64,000 nt of DNA. It comes from an uncultured Chloroflexia bacterium (GTDB lineage: Bacteria; Chloroflexota; Limnocylindria; Limnocylindrales; CSP1-4). This document shows positions 41,215-52,549 of the stretch, one piece after another. A model generated the notes under the pieces. The model made no database searches. It saw nothing but the letters and a program-made list of their open reading frames with translations, and was not told the DNA's origin. Position 1 is the first letter of the stretch, and each line of letters opens with the position of its first letter. The position numbers and the translations under genes are program-made. The stretch lies in contig CAVRKB010000012.1 of NCBI GenBank assembly GCA_963721545.1, positions 31,409 through 95,408 of the forward strand, read 5' to 3'.

Positions 41215-41816
41215 CTACTCGCTGAAGCGCTCTTCCTTCCACGGGTCGGCGTCGTTGTTGTAGCCGTAGCGCTCCCAGAACCCGAGCTGGTCGTGGTCGA
41301 GGAACTCGAGCCCGCGGATCCACTTGCTGCTCTTCCAGAAGTAGCGCTTCGGGATGAGCAGGCGGAGCGGGTAGCCGTGCTCGAGCTCGAGCGGCTGGCC
41401 GTCGAACGTGTCGGCCAGCAGGACGTCCTCGTCGTCGAGGATCGACAGCGGGACGTTGGCGGTATAGCCCTGCTCGGCGTGCGACACCACGTGGGTGGCG
41501 GTCGGACGGACGCCGGCCATCTCGAGGATCGTCTGGATCGGGACGCCCTCCCAGGTCGTGTCGAGCTTCGTCCAGCGGGTGACGCAGTGGATGTCCGTGT
41601 GGACCGTCTTGCGCGGCAGGGCCTTGAACTGGTCCCAGGTCAGCGTGAACGGGGCGTCGACCTCGCCCCACACCCGGAAATCCCACGTCGCCAGGTCGGT
41701 GTGCGGCACCGATCCGTAGTGGAGGACCGGGAACTTGTCGGTCTTGTACTGCCCGGCGGGATGCGCTCGGCGACGGCGGGGTCCTGCTCCTTCGAGCCGA
41801 AGAGACGTTCGAACAT
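41215..41816 (-). CDS. sulfite-oxidase-family molybdopterin-dependent oxidoreductase (one apparent frameshift)
   Basis: VHTDIHCVTRWTKLDTTWEGVP and GYPLRLLIPKRYFWKSSKWIRGLEF Moco-binding motifs. The N-terminal 25 aa MFERLFG...ERIPPG are in another frame; a single C is missing near 41750. Confidence 0.65.
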
Positions 41817-41979
41817 GGCGGGCGGAGTCCTCGATGCTTGGCTACCGCCCGCATGGTCGCACAAGACCGTGACGGCCCCGTGACCGGCGGGTCCCACGCT
41901 CGCGTGCGGTACCCTTCGCCCGTGCCCATCCCCGAGACACCCGAGCCGACCGACCGCCGCGCCGCCTCGCCTGATCATC

Positions 41980-42718
41980 GTGATGCCCGCCTACAACGCG
42001 GCGCGCACGCTGGAGCGGACGTACGCCGACATCCCGCACGAGCTCGTCCACCGGATCATCCTGGTCGACGACGTGTCGCGCGACGAGACCGTCGACATCG
42101 CCCGGCAGCTCGGGCTCGACGTCATCATCCACAGCCAGAACCGCGGCTACGGCGGCAACCAGAAGACGTGCTACGACGCTGCGCTGGCCGCCGGCGCCGA
42201 CATCGTGGTCATGCTCCACCCGGACTACCAGTACGACGCGACGTCGCATCCCGGCCCTGATCGCCCCGATCGCCGACGGCTCGCGCGACCTGATGCTCGG
42301 CAGCCGCTTCCTGGGCGACCCGCTGGCGGGCGGCATGCCGCGCTGGAAGTACGTCAGCAACCGGTTCCTGACCGGCGTCGAGAACCTGGCCTTCGGGCTG
42401 CGCCTGTCCGAGTACCACACCGGCCTGCGCGCCTACAGCCGTCGATTGCTCGAGACGGTGCCCGTATCAGCTCAACAGCGACGACTTCGTGTTCGACCAG
42501 GAGCTGATCGCGCAGGTCGTGGCCGCCGGGATGGCCGGCCGGATCGGCGAGATCGGGGTGCCGACCCGCTACTTCGAGGAGGCCTCGTCGGTCGGGTTCC
42601 GGCGCAGCGTCGTGTACGGCCTGTCCACGCTGCGGGTCGTGGCGCGCTACCTGCTCCACCGGCTGCGCGTCCGGCGCTCGCCGAAGCTCCTCGCCCGCCG
42701 CCGTCGCTCCGACTGACC
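41980..42718 (+). CDS. family-2 glycosyltransferase (Dpm1/GtrB-like polyprenyl-phosphate sugar transferase), two apparent frameshifts
   Basis: [48 protein letters not shown] in frame a; GSRFLG...[20 protein letters not shown] continues through frames b and c. Confidence 0.7.
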
Positions 42719-42723
42719 GCCCG

Positions 42724-43789
42724 ATGCGGATCAGCAATGGCGCCATCCTCCGCGCCACGATCGGGATCGCGATCAGCGTCGTCGCGGTCGTCATCCTCGT
42801 CAGCTCGGTCGACATCGAGGCGGCGCTCCAGGTCCTCGCCACGGCGTCGCTCGCCTGGATCGCGGTCATGTTCGTGACGACCACCGTCGACATCGGCGCC
42901 CGGGGCGCCCGCTGGCGAGCCCTCCTCGCGCCGATTGCGCCGCTGCCCTACCGGCGGGTCCTCGGCTACACGTACATCGGCTACCTCGCCAACAACGTGC
43001 TGCCGGCCCGCCTCGGCGAGCTGTACCGCAGCCATGCCCTCGGGGAGGGGGAGGGGATCAGCCGCACGACGGTCCTCGGCACGGTCGTCGTCGAGCGCGT
43101 GGTCGACACCGTGATGGTCGTCACGATCGCCGCGCTGGCGGTGCTGGTGCTGAGCGTCCGCGGCGTGATGACCAGCGCGGTCCTGCTCGGGCTGGCGTTC
43201 GTCGCGCTGCTCGTCGTCGTGCTCGGACTGGGGATCGCCGCCCATCGCCTGCCCGGCGCCGATCGCGTCGCGGCGATCATCGCCCGCCGGCCGCGCGCTC
43301 CTCGAGCTGGCACGCCGGCTGCGCGACGGGCTGGCCGTGGCCGGGAAGCCGCGCGTGATCGGCGCCGCCCTCGTCTGCAGCGCCGTGGCGTGGGCCGCGT
43401 CGACCGGCACGTTCCTGGCGGCCGGCCAGGCGGTCGGCGTCGAGCTCAGCCTCGCGCAGGCGGCGCTGCTCACGAGCGGCGTGGCGCTGGTGTCGATCGT
43501 GCCGTCCGGCCCGGGCTACGTCGGCACGTTCGAGCTGACGGTCGTGGCGATCGCCGACGGCCTGGGGATCCCGCGCGATTCGGCGTTCGCGCTCGGCCTG
43601 CTCGTCCACCTGATGATCCTGCTGACGACGTCGGTCGGTGGCGTGACGGCGATGCTGCTGCTCCGGCGGCGGCGGGCGGCGGCCGCGCTGGCCGAGGCGG
43701 CGGCCGCGGACGGTGCCGCGACCGAGATCGGGCCAGCGCCGACACGGGCGGAGCCGCGAGACGTGGCGGAGGGCGAACCCGCGCCATGA
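42724..43789 (+). CDS. flippase-like / lysyl-PG-synthase-TM-region family membrane protein (UPF0104), one apparent frameshift
   Basis: Polytopic membrane protein immediately downstream of GT2. LANNVLPARLGELYRSHAL motif. The C-terminal four helices are in the +1 frame after about 43290. Confidence 0.55.
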
Positions 43790-45777
43790 CCGCGGCGTTC
43801 CCGCACGTCTTCGAGCCGCTCCGGCTGCGACACCGGACGCTGCGCAGCCGGATCACGTTCGGGGCCCACACCGCGAACATGGCCGAGGACGGGCTGCCCG
43901 GCGAGCGACACATCGGCTACTACCGCGAGCGGGCGCTCGGCGGCGCCGGGATGATCGTCGTCGAGCCGATCCCGATCCATCGCACGGCGGTCCTCACCCG
44001 CGGCAACTTCCGCCACTCGGACGATGCCGTCATCCCGGCCTTCCGGCGGGTGACCGACGCCTGCCGCGAGGCCAGCCCGGACGTCGTGCTCATCCACCAG
44101 CTGTACGACGTCGGCCAGCACGGCGACGCCGACAACTCGTTCGCGCCCAACTGGTCGCCGTCGGGGCTGCCGTCGTACCACGACGCCGACGGCAGCCACG
44201 CGATGACCGAGCCGGAGATCGAGGAGCTGATCGCCGGCTTCGTCGCGGCGGCCGGCCGGGCGCAGGCCAGCGGCTTCGACGGGATCGAGCTGTTCGCCGC
44301 CTACCACGCGGTCGTCGACCAGTTCTGGGCGCCTTGGTCGAACCGCCGGACGGACGCCTGGGGCGGCACGTTCGAGTGCCGGATGCGCTTCTCGGCCGAG
44401 ATCCTCGGGCGGATCCGCGAGCGCTGCGGCGACGACTTCATCGTCGGGCTCGCGGTCAGCGTCGACCCGGGTGCCGAGGCGACGCTGTCGATCGACGAGC
44501 TGGCCGAGGTCGTGGCCTGGCACGACGAGCGGCGGCTGATGGACTACGTCACCTGCGGAACCGGCTCGTACTTCGACTTCTACCAGATCATGCCGACGTC
44601 GCTGTACGACGCACGCCTCGGCGAGCCGCACGCGGCAGCGCTCAAGCGGGTCGTTCGGCACGCGCTCGTCCAGGCCGAGAGCCACATCCGGACCCCGGCC
44701 GCGGCCGAGGCCGTGCTGGCCGCCGGTCATGCCGACATGGTCAGCATCGTCAGGGGCCAGATCGCCGATCCGCACCTGGTGGCGAAAGCCCGCGACGGCC
44801 GCGCCGACGACGTCCGGCCGTGCATCTCGTGCAACCAGCTGTGCTGGGGCCGACGCTCACGCGACCTGTGGATCTCGTGCCTCGTCAATCCGTCGGCCGG
44901 TCGTGAGTTCGCTTGGGACGGCGACCGCTTCGAGCCGAGCCGGCGGCCACGCAACGTGCTCGTGGTCGGTGGCGGGCCGGCGGGCCTCGAGACGGCGCGC
45001 GTGGCGGCCGAGCGCGGCCACCGGGTGACCCTGGCCGAGCGGGGCGACGAGCTCGGCGGCCAGTTCCGGCTGGCCGGCCGGCAGCCGAGCCGCGGCCAGA
45101 TCCTCGACCTGCTCGCCTGGTACGAGCGACAGCTGGCGGCGCTCGGCGTGGACATCCGCCTGGGGCATGAGGTCGGCGCGGACGAGGTGGCGGCCGCGGG
45201 TGCGGACGAGGTCGTCGTGGCGACCGGGTCGCGGCCGCCGGGCACGGGCTTCCAGCGCGCGCTGCCGACCGTCGACCGTCTCCCCGGGGTGGACGGCGCG
45301 GACGTGCTGTCGATCCAGGACGTGCTGGCCGGCACGGCCGTCGCGGGCCGGCGGGTCATCGTCCTCGACGACGTCGACGACTGGCGGGGGATCGGGACCG
45401 CGCTGTATCTCGCGGAGCGCGGCCACGAGGTCACGCTCGTCAGCGCGGCCGCGGTCGTCGCCCAGGGCCTGTTCCACAGCGCCGCCGACGTGCCGCTCCG
45501 CCGCCGCTTCGCGGGGGCCGGCGGGACGATGCTCCCGTCGTCATCAGTCCTCGGCTGGCGCGACGGCGTGGCGCTCGTCCGCTCGACGCTGACCGGCGAG
45601 CTGACCAAGCTCGCTGCGGACGCGCTGGTCGTCGCCGAGACGCCCGTCGTCGTCGACGCGCTGGCCGGCGAGCTGACCCGGCGGGGCGTCGCGTTCCACC
45701 AGGTCGGCGATTGTGTCGCGCCGCGGCGAGCCAGCATGGCGTTCTACGAGGCGCGCGAGCTCGCCCGCCGTCTCTGA
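43789..45777 (+). CDS. fused OYE-like FMN oxidoreductase / [4Fe-4S] / FAD-NAD(P)-binding enzyme (trimethylamine dehydrogenase / N-methylproline demethylase StcD / 2,4-dienoyl-CoA reductase architecture)
   Basis: Intact 662-aa ORF. OYE TIM-barrel N-terminus (RSRITFGAHTANM...GFDGIELFAAYH), 4Fe-4S motif CISCNQLCW...C, then NVLVVGGGPAGLETA dinucleotide fold. Confidence 0.85.
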   Translation, partial: TAAFPHVFEPLRLRHRTLRSRITFGAHTANMAEDGLPGERHIGYYRERALGGAGMIVVEPIPIHRTAVLTRGNFRHSDDAVIPAFRRVTDACREASPDVVLIHQLYDVGQHGDADNSFAPNWSPSGLPSYHDADGSHAMTEPEIEELIAGFVAAAGRAQASGFDGIELFAAYHAVVDQFWAPWSNRRTDAWGGTFECRMRFSAEILGRIRERCGDDFIVGLAVSVDPGAEATLSIDELAEVVAWHDERRLMDYVTCGTGSYFDFYQIMPTSLYDARLGEPHAAALKRVVRHALVQAESHIRTPAAAEAVLAAGHADMVSIVRGQIADPHLVAKARDGRADDVRPCISCNQLCWGRRSRDLWISCLVNPSAGREFAWDGDRFEPSRRPRNVLVVGGGPAGLETARVAAERGHRVTLAERGDELGGQFRLAGRQPSRGQILDLLAWYERQLAALGVDIRLGHEVGADEVAAAGADEVVVATGSRPPGTGFQRALPTVDRLPGVDGADVLSIQDVLAGTAVAGRRVIVLDDVDDWRGIGTALYLAERGHEVTLVSAAAVVAQGLFHSAADVPLRRRFAGAGGTMLPSSSVLGWRDGVALVRSTLTGELTKLAADALVVAETPVVVDALAGELTRRGVAFHQVGDCVAPRRASMAFYEARELARRL

Positions 45778-45837
45778 GTCCCGCTCCGCCGTACCATTGC
45801 GGTCGGCGGATCACGCGCTCGAGCCCGAGGTGATCAG

Positions 45838-47385
45838 ATGGCTGTCCCTGACGTTGAACGCCCGACGCTGCGGCGCGGTCGGGCAGCGCGCCAGACCGAG
45901 CGGCTGGCTCGCCACATGGACACCGTCCCATACCTGACCCGCCGCCTCGCCCCGGTCGAGGTCGTCTCCACCGAGGGCCTCGAGCAGATCGAGGCCAACG
46001 CCGACACGCTCCTCGAAGAAGTCGGCATCGAGATCGTCAACTTTCCCGAGGCGACCGAGATCTTCCGCGGTGCCGGGGCGGATGTCACCGACCAGCGCGT
46101 CCGCTTCCCCCGCGGCATGTGCCGCGCACTCGTTCAGGCGACGGCGCCACGGCTGTTCGCGCAGCGCGCCCGGAACGAGGCTCGCAGCGTCCAGATCGGC
46201 GACCCGTACATGGTCCTCGTCCCGACCTACGGCTCGCCGTTCATCCACAACCTCGACGAGGGACGGCGCTACGCGACGATCGAGGACTTCCGCAACTTCG
46301 TGAAGCTGACCTACACGAGCCGGACGCTCCACCACGGCGGCGGGACGCTGTGCGAGCCGGTCGACCTGCCGGTCAACAAGCGCCACTTCGAGATGGTCTA
46401 CAGCCACATCCGCTACTCGGACCGCGCGTTCATGGGCTCCGTGACGCACCCCAGCCGGGCCCAGGATTCGGTCGACATGGCGCGCATCGTGTTCGGTGGC
46501 GAGACCATGGAGACCGAGCACGTGATCATGGGTCTGGCCAACGCCAACTCGCCGATGTCGTGGGACTTCAACATGCTGGGCTCGGCCAAGGTCTACGCCG
46601 AGAACAACCAGATCATGCTCATCACGCCGTTCATCCTCGGCGGCGCGATGGCCCCGGTCACCGTCGCGGCGCAGGCGACACAGACCCTCGCGGAAGCGCT
46701 CGCCGGGATGGCGTTCTGCCAGATCGTCCGGCCGGGGGCGCCCGTCATCTTCGGCTCGTTCGCGTCATCGATGTCGATGCAGTCGGGCGCGCCGACGTTC
46801 GGCACTCCGGAGCCGCAACTGGTGCTGTTCGTGCTCGCCGCGCTGTCGCGCCGGCTGGGCGTCCCATTCCGGAGCGGCGGCAACTTCACCGCCTCCAAGC
46901 TGCCCGACTACCAGGCCGCCTATGAGAGCGCGATCAGCTACATGGCGACGATGCAGGCGGGCGTCAACTTCAACCTCCACACGGCGGGCTGGCTGGAGGG
47001 CGGCCTCGCCGTCGGGTACGAGAAGTTCATCCTCGACGAAGACCAGGCGTCGATGACCGAGGCCTACATCAAGGGCGTCGACGTCACCGACAACGGCTAC
47101 GCGCTCGACGCCATGCTTGGCGGCGGGCCCGGCCAGCACTTCCTGGGCTCGCCCCACACGCTGGCGAACTTCGAGACGGCGTTCTGGCGGTCCGAGCTGT
47201 CGAACAACGACTCCTTCGAGCAGTGGGAGATCGACGGTGGCCTCGACGCCGCGCAGCGCGCGAACCTGCGCTGGAAGAAGCGCCTGACCGAATACGAGCG
47301 GCCGGCGCTCGACGACGCGATCCACGACGAACTCGTCGAGTGGATGGACCGGCGCAAGGCGAGCTTCCCCGACTCGGACGTCTAG
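45838..47385 (+). CDS. MttB-superfamily (trimethylamine methyltransferase family, non-pyrrolysine) quaternary-amine methyltransferase homologue
   Basis: Intact 515-aa ORF with MttB-family TIM-barrel blocks (PFIHNLDEGRRYATIEDF, GGAMAPVTVAAQATQT, SMQSGAPTFGTPE, GWLEGGLAVGYEKFILDED). No in-frame TAG. Confidence 0.85.
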   Translation: MAVPDVERPTLRRGRAARQTERLARHMDTVPYLTRRLAPVEVVSTEGLEQIEANADTLLEEVGIEIVNFPEATEIFRGAGADVTDQRVRFPRGMCRALVQATAPRLFAQRARNEARSVQIGDPYMVLVPTYGSPFIHNLDEGRRYATIEDFRNFVKLTYTSRTLHHGGGTLCEPVDLPVNKRHFEMVYSHIRYSDRAFMGSVTHPSRAQDSVDMARIVFGGETMETEHVIMGLANANSPMSWDFNMLGSAKVYAENNQIMLITPFILGGAMAPVTVAAQATQTLAEALAGMAFCQIVRPGAPVIFGSFASSMSMQSGAPTFGTPEPQLVLFVLAALSRRLGVPFRSGGNFTASKLPDYQAAYESAISYMATMQAGVNFNLHTAGWLEGGLAVGYEKFILDEDQASMTEAYIKGVDVTDNGYALDAMLGGGPGQHFLGSPHTLANFETAFWRSELSNNDSFEQWEIDGGLDAAQRANLRWKKRLTEYERPALDDAIHDELVEWMDRRKASFPDSDV

Positions 47386-47400
47386 CCGGAGGCCCGGGCG

Positions 47401-48340
47401 TCAGCGGCGGGCGAACGTCTCGATCAGCATCGACACGAACTTCGGCGCATCGGCGTCGAACGCGACGAAGGCGTTCGGCTCCTTGTCCGGCAGCGCGCGG
47501 GTGTCCATGATCGTGCGCCCGATCGTGCCCTCGCCGCGGGTCTCGACGTCGACGTGGATGCGCCGGCCGGTCACCACGCTCGGGTCCACCAGGTAGGCGA
47601 CGCACAAGGCGTCATGAACCGGGGCCGTGTGGGCGACGGCCATCGGCTGGAGGTCGTCGTAGGCGACGATCCGGTGCTCGATGAAGTCCGCCGCGGCCTG
47701 CCCGGCCGGCGTGCCCGACTCGCGCATCCGGCGGCAGTCGTCGAGCGACACGAGCGCCCGGTGCGTGGCGTCGAGGGGCATGACCACGACGTTCTGGAGC
47801 CCCGCCCCGAACACGACGCGGGCCGCCTCCGGGTCGACCCAGATGTTGAACTCGGCGGATGCCGTGGTGTTCCCCTTCTCGTGGCAGCCGCCCATGATGA
47901 TCGTCTCGGGGATCCGCTCCACGATCCGCGGCTCGAGCTTGATCGCCATCGCGATGTTGGTCAGCGGTCCGACCGGGACGAGCGCGATCGGCTCGCGTGG
48001 CGGCCAGGTACGTCTCGACCAGGAACTCGACCGCCCGCTTCGACTGCTTGACCGAGCGCGGCTTGGGGATCGGCAGCTCCAGCCCGTGCATCCTGCCCTT
48101 CTCCTGGATGACCTCGCGCGGCGTCGGGAAGTCATCGCGGACCATCGGCGTCGCCATGCCCTCGTAGACCGGGATGTCGAGGCCGAGGAGGTCGAACACG
48201 CGCAGCGTGTTGTCCGTGCAGTTGACGACCGGGTTGTTGCCGTTGACCGTCGTCGCGGCCACGAGCTCGAGGTCGGGGTGGAGCGCAGCCAGCATCAGCG
48301 CGACGGCGTCGTCCGTGCCGGTGTCGACGTCGAGGATCAA
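47401..48340 (-). CDS. nucleoside hydrolase, second paralogue (one apparent frameshift)
   Basis: MILDVDTGTDDAVALMLA N-terminus (TTG start). PVGPLTNIAMAI...IIMGGCHEKGNTTASAEFNIWVDPEAA is in the +1 frame after about 48000 (1-nt indel near acgcgagccg). Confidence 0.7.
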
Positions 48341-48364
48341 CTTCGTTTCGGCATGGCCGTAGGG

Positions 48365-49560
48365 CTAGGCGCCGGTCGGGCGGGCCGGTCGTCGGGCGTG
48401 CCGGTCGAACCGCCGCGGCTCGTCGGCCGTGGCGGCCTCGGCGGCCGCCTGGGCCTCGGCCGCCGCAAGCGCGTCGGCGACCGCGTCGACCACGGCACCC
48501 GCCTCACCCGACTCGTCCGCCGGCGGCGTGACCAGCACCTCGCCGGTCTCGGCCGCTCGCTGCTGCAGCCGGCCGAGCTCCTCGAGCGGGATGTGGCAGC
48601 TCATCAGGTGACCCGGCTCGACCTCGACCAGCGGCGGCTCGGTCACCTCGCACAGGCCGCGGATCACGCGGTGGCAGCGCGTGTTGAAGACGCAGCCGGT
48701 CGGCGGGTTGGCCGGGCTCGGGATCTCGCCCTCGAGCAGGATCCGCGGCGCGGTCCTCGCCGTCGACGTTCGGGACGGCCGACAGGAGCGCCTCGGTGTA
48801 GGGGTGGTTCGGGCCGCGGAAGACCGTCTCCGAGTCGCCGACCTCCATGATCCGGCCGAGGTACATGACCGCGATCCGGTCGGCCAGGTAGCGGACCACC
48901 CCGAGGTCGTGCGAGATCAGCAGGTAGCTCGTCTTGCTCTTGAGCTGGAGGTCGGACAGCAGGTTGAGGATCGCGGCCTGGACCGACACGTCGAGCGCGC
49001 TCGTCGGCTCGTCGGCGACGACGATCTTGGGGTCGCCGGCGAACGCCCGCGCGATCGCCAGCGCGCTGCTTGAGCCCGCCCGACAGCTGGCGCGGCTTGA
49101 GGTCGAGGTGGCGCTGGGTCAGGCGCAGGTCGGCGGCCAGCTTGTCGACCCGCTCGTTGACCGCCTTGCCCTTGAGCCCGGTGAGCTTGCTGACCGAGCG
49201 GGTCAGGATGTGGCGTGCCGTCCAGCCGCGGTTGAGCGCCGAATCGGGGTTCTGGAAGACCATCTGGATCGAGCGCTTGTCGTCGGTCGGCCGGTTCGTC
49301 GAGAGCGGCGCCAGCGTCGTGGTCGTCGAGCTCGATCCGCGCCGCCGGCGTCGGGCGCTCTCGATGCCGAGGATCGTCTTGGCCATGCGTCGACTTGCCC
49401 GAGCCCGACTCGCCGACGAGCCCGAGCGTCTCGCCGTCGTACAGGTCGAGCCCGACCTTGACCAGCGCCGGCACGTCGTGGCCGCTCTGGTGGAACGTCT
49501 TGGACACGTTGGTCAGCGACAGCGCGAGGTCGCCGTGGACGCGTCTCCTGGCCGGCGATC
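48365..49560 (-). CDS. Opp/Dpp-family ABC transporter ATP-binding protein (OppF-like), about 3 apparent frameshifts; 5' boundary approximate
   Basis: Walker [13 protein letters not shown], signature LSGGLKQR, and the C-terminal oligopeptide-ABC extension [15 protein letters not shown]...CHIPLEEL, spread over four frames. Confidence 0.6.
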
Positions 49561-50620
49561 GCCGGCGGCTCGACCAGCTCGCCGAGCCGGTCGACGTGGT
49601 GGCAGCAGCGTCCAGCGCCCGGGCCCGACCTCGACGACCGGCGGGACGACCGTCCGGCACAGGTCGGTGGCCAGCGGGCAGCGGTCGACGAACACGCAGG
49701 TCGGCAGGTCCGTGCCGATCTGCGGCAGGTTGCCCGGGATCGTCGACAGCGACCGCTGCGACTTGCGGATGCCGTGGCGCGGCAGCGAGCGCAGCAGGCC
49801 CGAGCGTGTACGGATGCTGCGGGTTCTCGAAGACCGTCGCCGCGTCGCCCTCCTCGACGATCTTGCCGGCGTACATCACGCCGACCCGGTCGCACAGCGT
49901 CCGGATGACGCCGAGGTTGTGGGCGATCAGCAGGACCGCCGCGTTCGTCTCGGCCTGGAGCGAGCGGACGAGGTCGAGGACGCTCGCCTCGACCGTCGCG
50001 TCGAGGCCGGTCGTCGGCTCGTCGAGGACGAGCAGCTTCGGGTCGGAGGCGAGGGCGATCGCGATCACGACGCGCTGCTGCATCCCGCCCGACAGCTGGT
50101 ACGGGTAGCGCTGGGCGACCCGCTCCGGGTCGGCGATCTGGACCCGCTCGAGCGCCTTGAGCGCGCTCGCCTCGGCCTCTTCCTTGCCCTGGCCGAGGAT
50201 CGTGAACGCCTCGACGACCTGCGGCCCGACCTTGGTCGTCGGGTTGAGCGCGGCGCCGGGGTCCTGGTAGACCATCGACGCGTGGTGCATCCGGAAGCGG
50301 CGCACCTCGTCGTCGGTCATCTTCGTGACGTCGTCGCCGCCGACCAGGATCCGGCCGCCGGTGATGACGCGCGTTGCGTGGCAGGTAGCGGACCGCGGCA
50401 TAGGCCGTCGTCGACTTGCCGCAGCCGGACTCGCCGACCAGGCCGTACGACTCGCCCGGCCGGACCTCGAACGACACGCCGCGGAGCACCGGGCGCTGGA
50501 TGCCGCGCACGACGTAGGCGAGCGACAGGTCCTCGACCCGCAGCGCGGCCTGGCGCGCCGCCCGACGCGCCGGGGCCGGCTGCCCGGGACCGGCCGCGGG
50601 CGCGCCGCCTCGGTCGTCAT
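49513..50620 (-). CDS. Opp/Dpp-family ABC transporter ATP-binding protein (OppD-like), about 4 apparent frameshifts; 3' boundary approximate
   Basis: GLVGESGCGKSTTA Walker A, YPYQLSGGMQQRVVIA signature, LLVLDEPTTGLD Walker B, PQHPYTLG and a C-terminal CVFVDRCPLATDLC Cys motif, in alternating frames. The ATG overlaps the oppC stop (ATGA). Confidence 0.6.
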
Positions 50621-51508
50621 TCGCTCAGCACCGACTGGAGCGAGTCCGCGATCAGGTTGACGGCGATGACCGTGCTGGCGATGGCGAGCGCCGGGAACAG
50701 CGTCGGCCACCACACGCCGGAGATCATGTTGTTGTACTCCTCGGCGACCGACAGGCCCCAGTCGGGCGACGGCGGCTGGAGGCCGACGCCGAGGAACGAC
50801 AGCGTGGCGACGGTGAAGATCGCGTAGCCGAAGCGGACGGTCATCTCGACGACCGTCGGGCCGAGGACGTTGGGGAAGATCTCGCGCGACAGGATGAACG
50901 GCCCCGATTCGCCGCGGAGCTTGGCCGCCGTGACGTAGTCGAGCTGGCGCTCCGACAGGACCGCCGAGCGGACGGTTCGGGCGACGATCGGGGTGAACAG
51001 GATGCCCACGACGCACACGACGACGAGCGGCGACGTCCCGAGCACGACCAGCGTGAGCAGCGCGACGAGCACCACGGGCAGCGCCAGGAACGCCTCCACG
51101 ATCCGGCTCAGGACGTCGTCGACGGTCCCCCGGTAGTAGCCCATGACCAGGCCGAGGAGCGTCCCGGCGACCACCCCGAGCAGGGCCGCCAGCGGAGCGA
51201 CGATCAGGACGTCGCGCGATCCGACCATGACCCGCGACAGCACGTCGCGGCCGAGCCGGTCGGTGCCCATCAGGTGCTCCGAGCTGGGCGGCAGGTGGCC
51301 GGCGAAGAACTGGTTGAACGGGTCGTACGGGCGTGATCCGCTGGCCGAGGATGGCCGTGATGATCCAGCCGATGAGCACGATGTTGCCGATGATGAAGGC
51401 CGGTCGCCGGACGAGCTGGCGGAAGGTCTCGCGCCGGGCCTGGGAGCGCTCGGACACGGCCGGTCCGGCCACCGGGGCGACGGGCTGGGGCGTGATCGTG
51501 ACGTCCAT
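50617..51508 (-). CDS. Opp/Dpp-family ABC permease (OppC-like), one apparent frameshift
   Basis: EAA-loop region and the C-terminal five helices in the 50617 frame. N-terminal MDVTITP...FIIGNIVLIGWIITA in a second frame. Confidence 0.65.
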
Positions 51509-52462
51509 CAGCGATCCGCGTCCAGCCGGATCCGCGGGTTCATCCAGGCGATCGTCATGTCGGCCGACGAGCGTGGCCAGCATGTACACGATGCCGATGA
51601 CGATGACGCCCGCGGTCAGCATCGGGATGTCCTTGCGCTGGGCGGCGAACAGCATCGTCTGGCCCATGCCGTTGTAGTTGAAGATCTTCTCGACCGCGAT
51701 GATCCCGCCGAACAGGTAGCCGACCTGGACGGCGATGACCGCCACGGTCGGGATGAGCGCGTTGCGCAGGACGTGGCGGCGCATCACCTGCGACGTGGTC
51801 AGGCCCTTCATCGTCGCGGTCCGCGTGTAGTCGGACTGGAGGACGTCGATCGTGCCGGCGCGGGTCATCCGCGCGATGTAGCCGAAGTACACGATGGCCA
51901 TGGCCATGGCGGGCATCAGCAGGTAGCGGATCTGGGTCGGGATGTCGGCGTTCGGCGGCGGCGTCGCGAGGACGGGCAGCAGCTCCAGCTGGACGCCGAC
52001 GACGACGACCAGGACCGTCCCGGTGACGAACTCGGGGATCGACGACGAGGTGACGCCCAGCAGCACGACCGCGCGATCGGAGACGCGGTCACGCCGGCGC
52101 GCGGCGAAGAGCCCGGCGATGATCGCGACCGGGATCGTGAGCAGCAGCGCCAGCCCGGCCAGCTTCGTCGAGCGGCCGATCGCCGCCGACGAGCTGCGGC
52201 AGCACGGGGTTGCCGTTGACGTACGAGTCGCCGAAGTCGAGGGTGACCACGCCGATCAGCGTGTCGACGTACTGGACGATGATCGGCCGGTCCGTGCCCA
52301 GCCGCTCGTTGAGCGCGTCGACGGTCTCCTGCGGTGCGAACGGGCCCAGGATCGTCCGCCCCACGTCGTTGGGCAGGACGTTGGCGATGAAGAAGACGAT
52401 GGTCACCAACAACCAATGGTGATCAGTGACAGGAGCAGTCGGCGCCCGACGAACCGTGCCAT
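51508..52462 (-). CDS. Opp/Dpp-family ABC permease (OppB-like), about 3 apparent frameshifts
   Basis: MARFVGRRLLLSLIT, then LLVTIVFFIANVLPNDVGRTILG, then PEFVTGTVLVVVVGVQLELLP, then C-terminal MNPRIRLDADR, in alternating frames. An extra G in gtcgGccgac near 51540. Confidence 0.6.
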
Positions 52463-52549
52463 GGGCTACCTCACCCGGACGACGGAGAACGAAGAAGGGC
52501 CGATGGGGTGAACATCGGCCCTTCGTGGTCGAGAGGTCAGGCCGTCTTG

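Noticed and set aside
48917-52066. 1049-aa minus-strand ORF spanning the opp operon
   Set aside because: It is the concatenation of real OppB/C/D/F segments with their off-frame stretches. Stop codons are missing only because indels shift the frames. Each permease or ATPase is recovered by switching frames.
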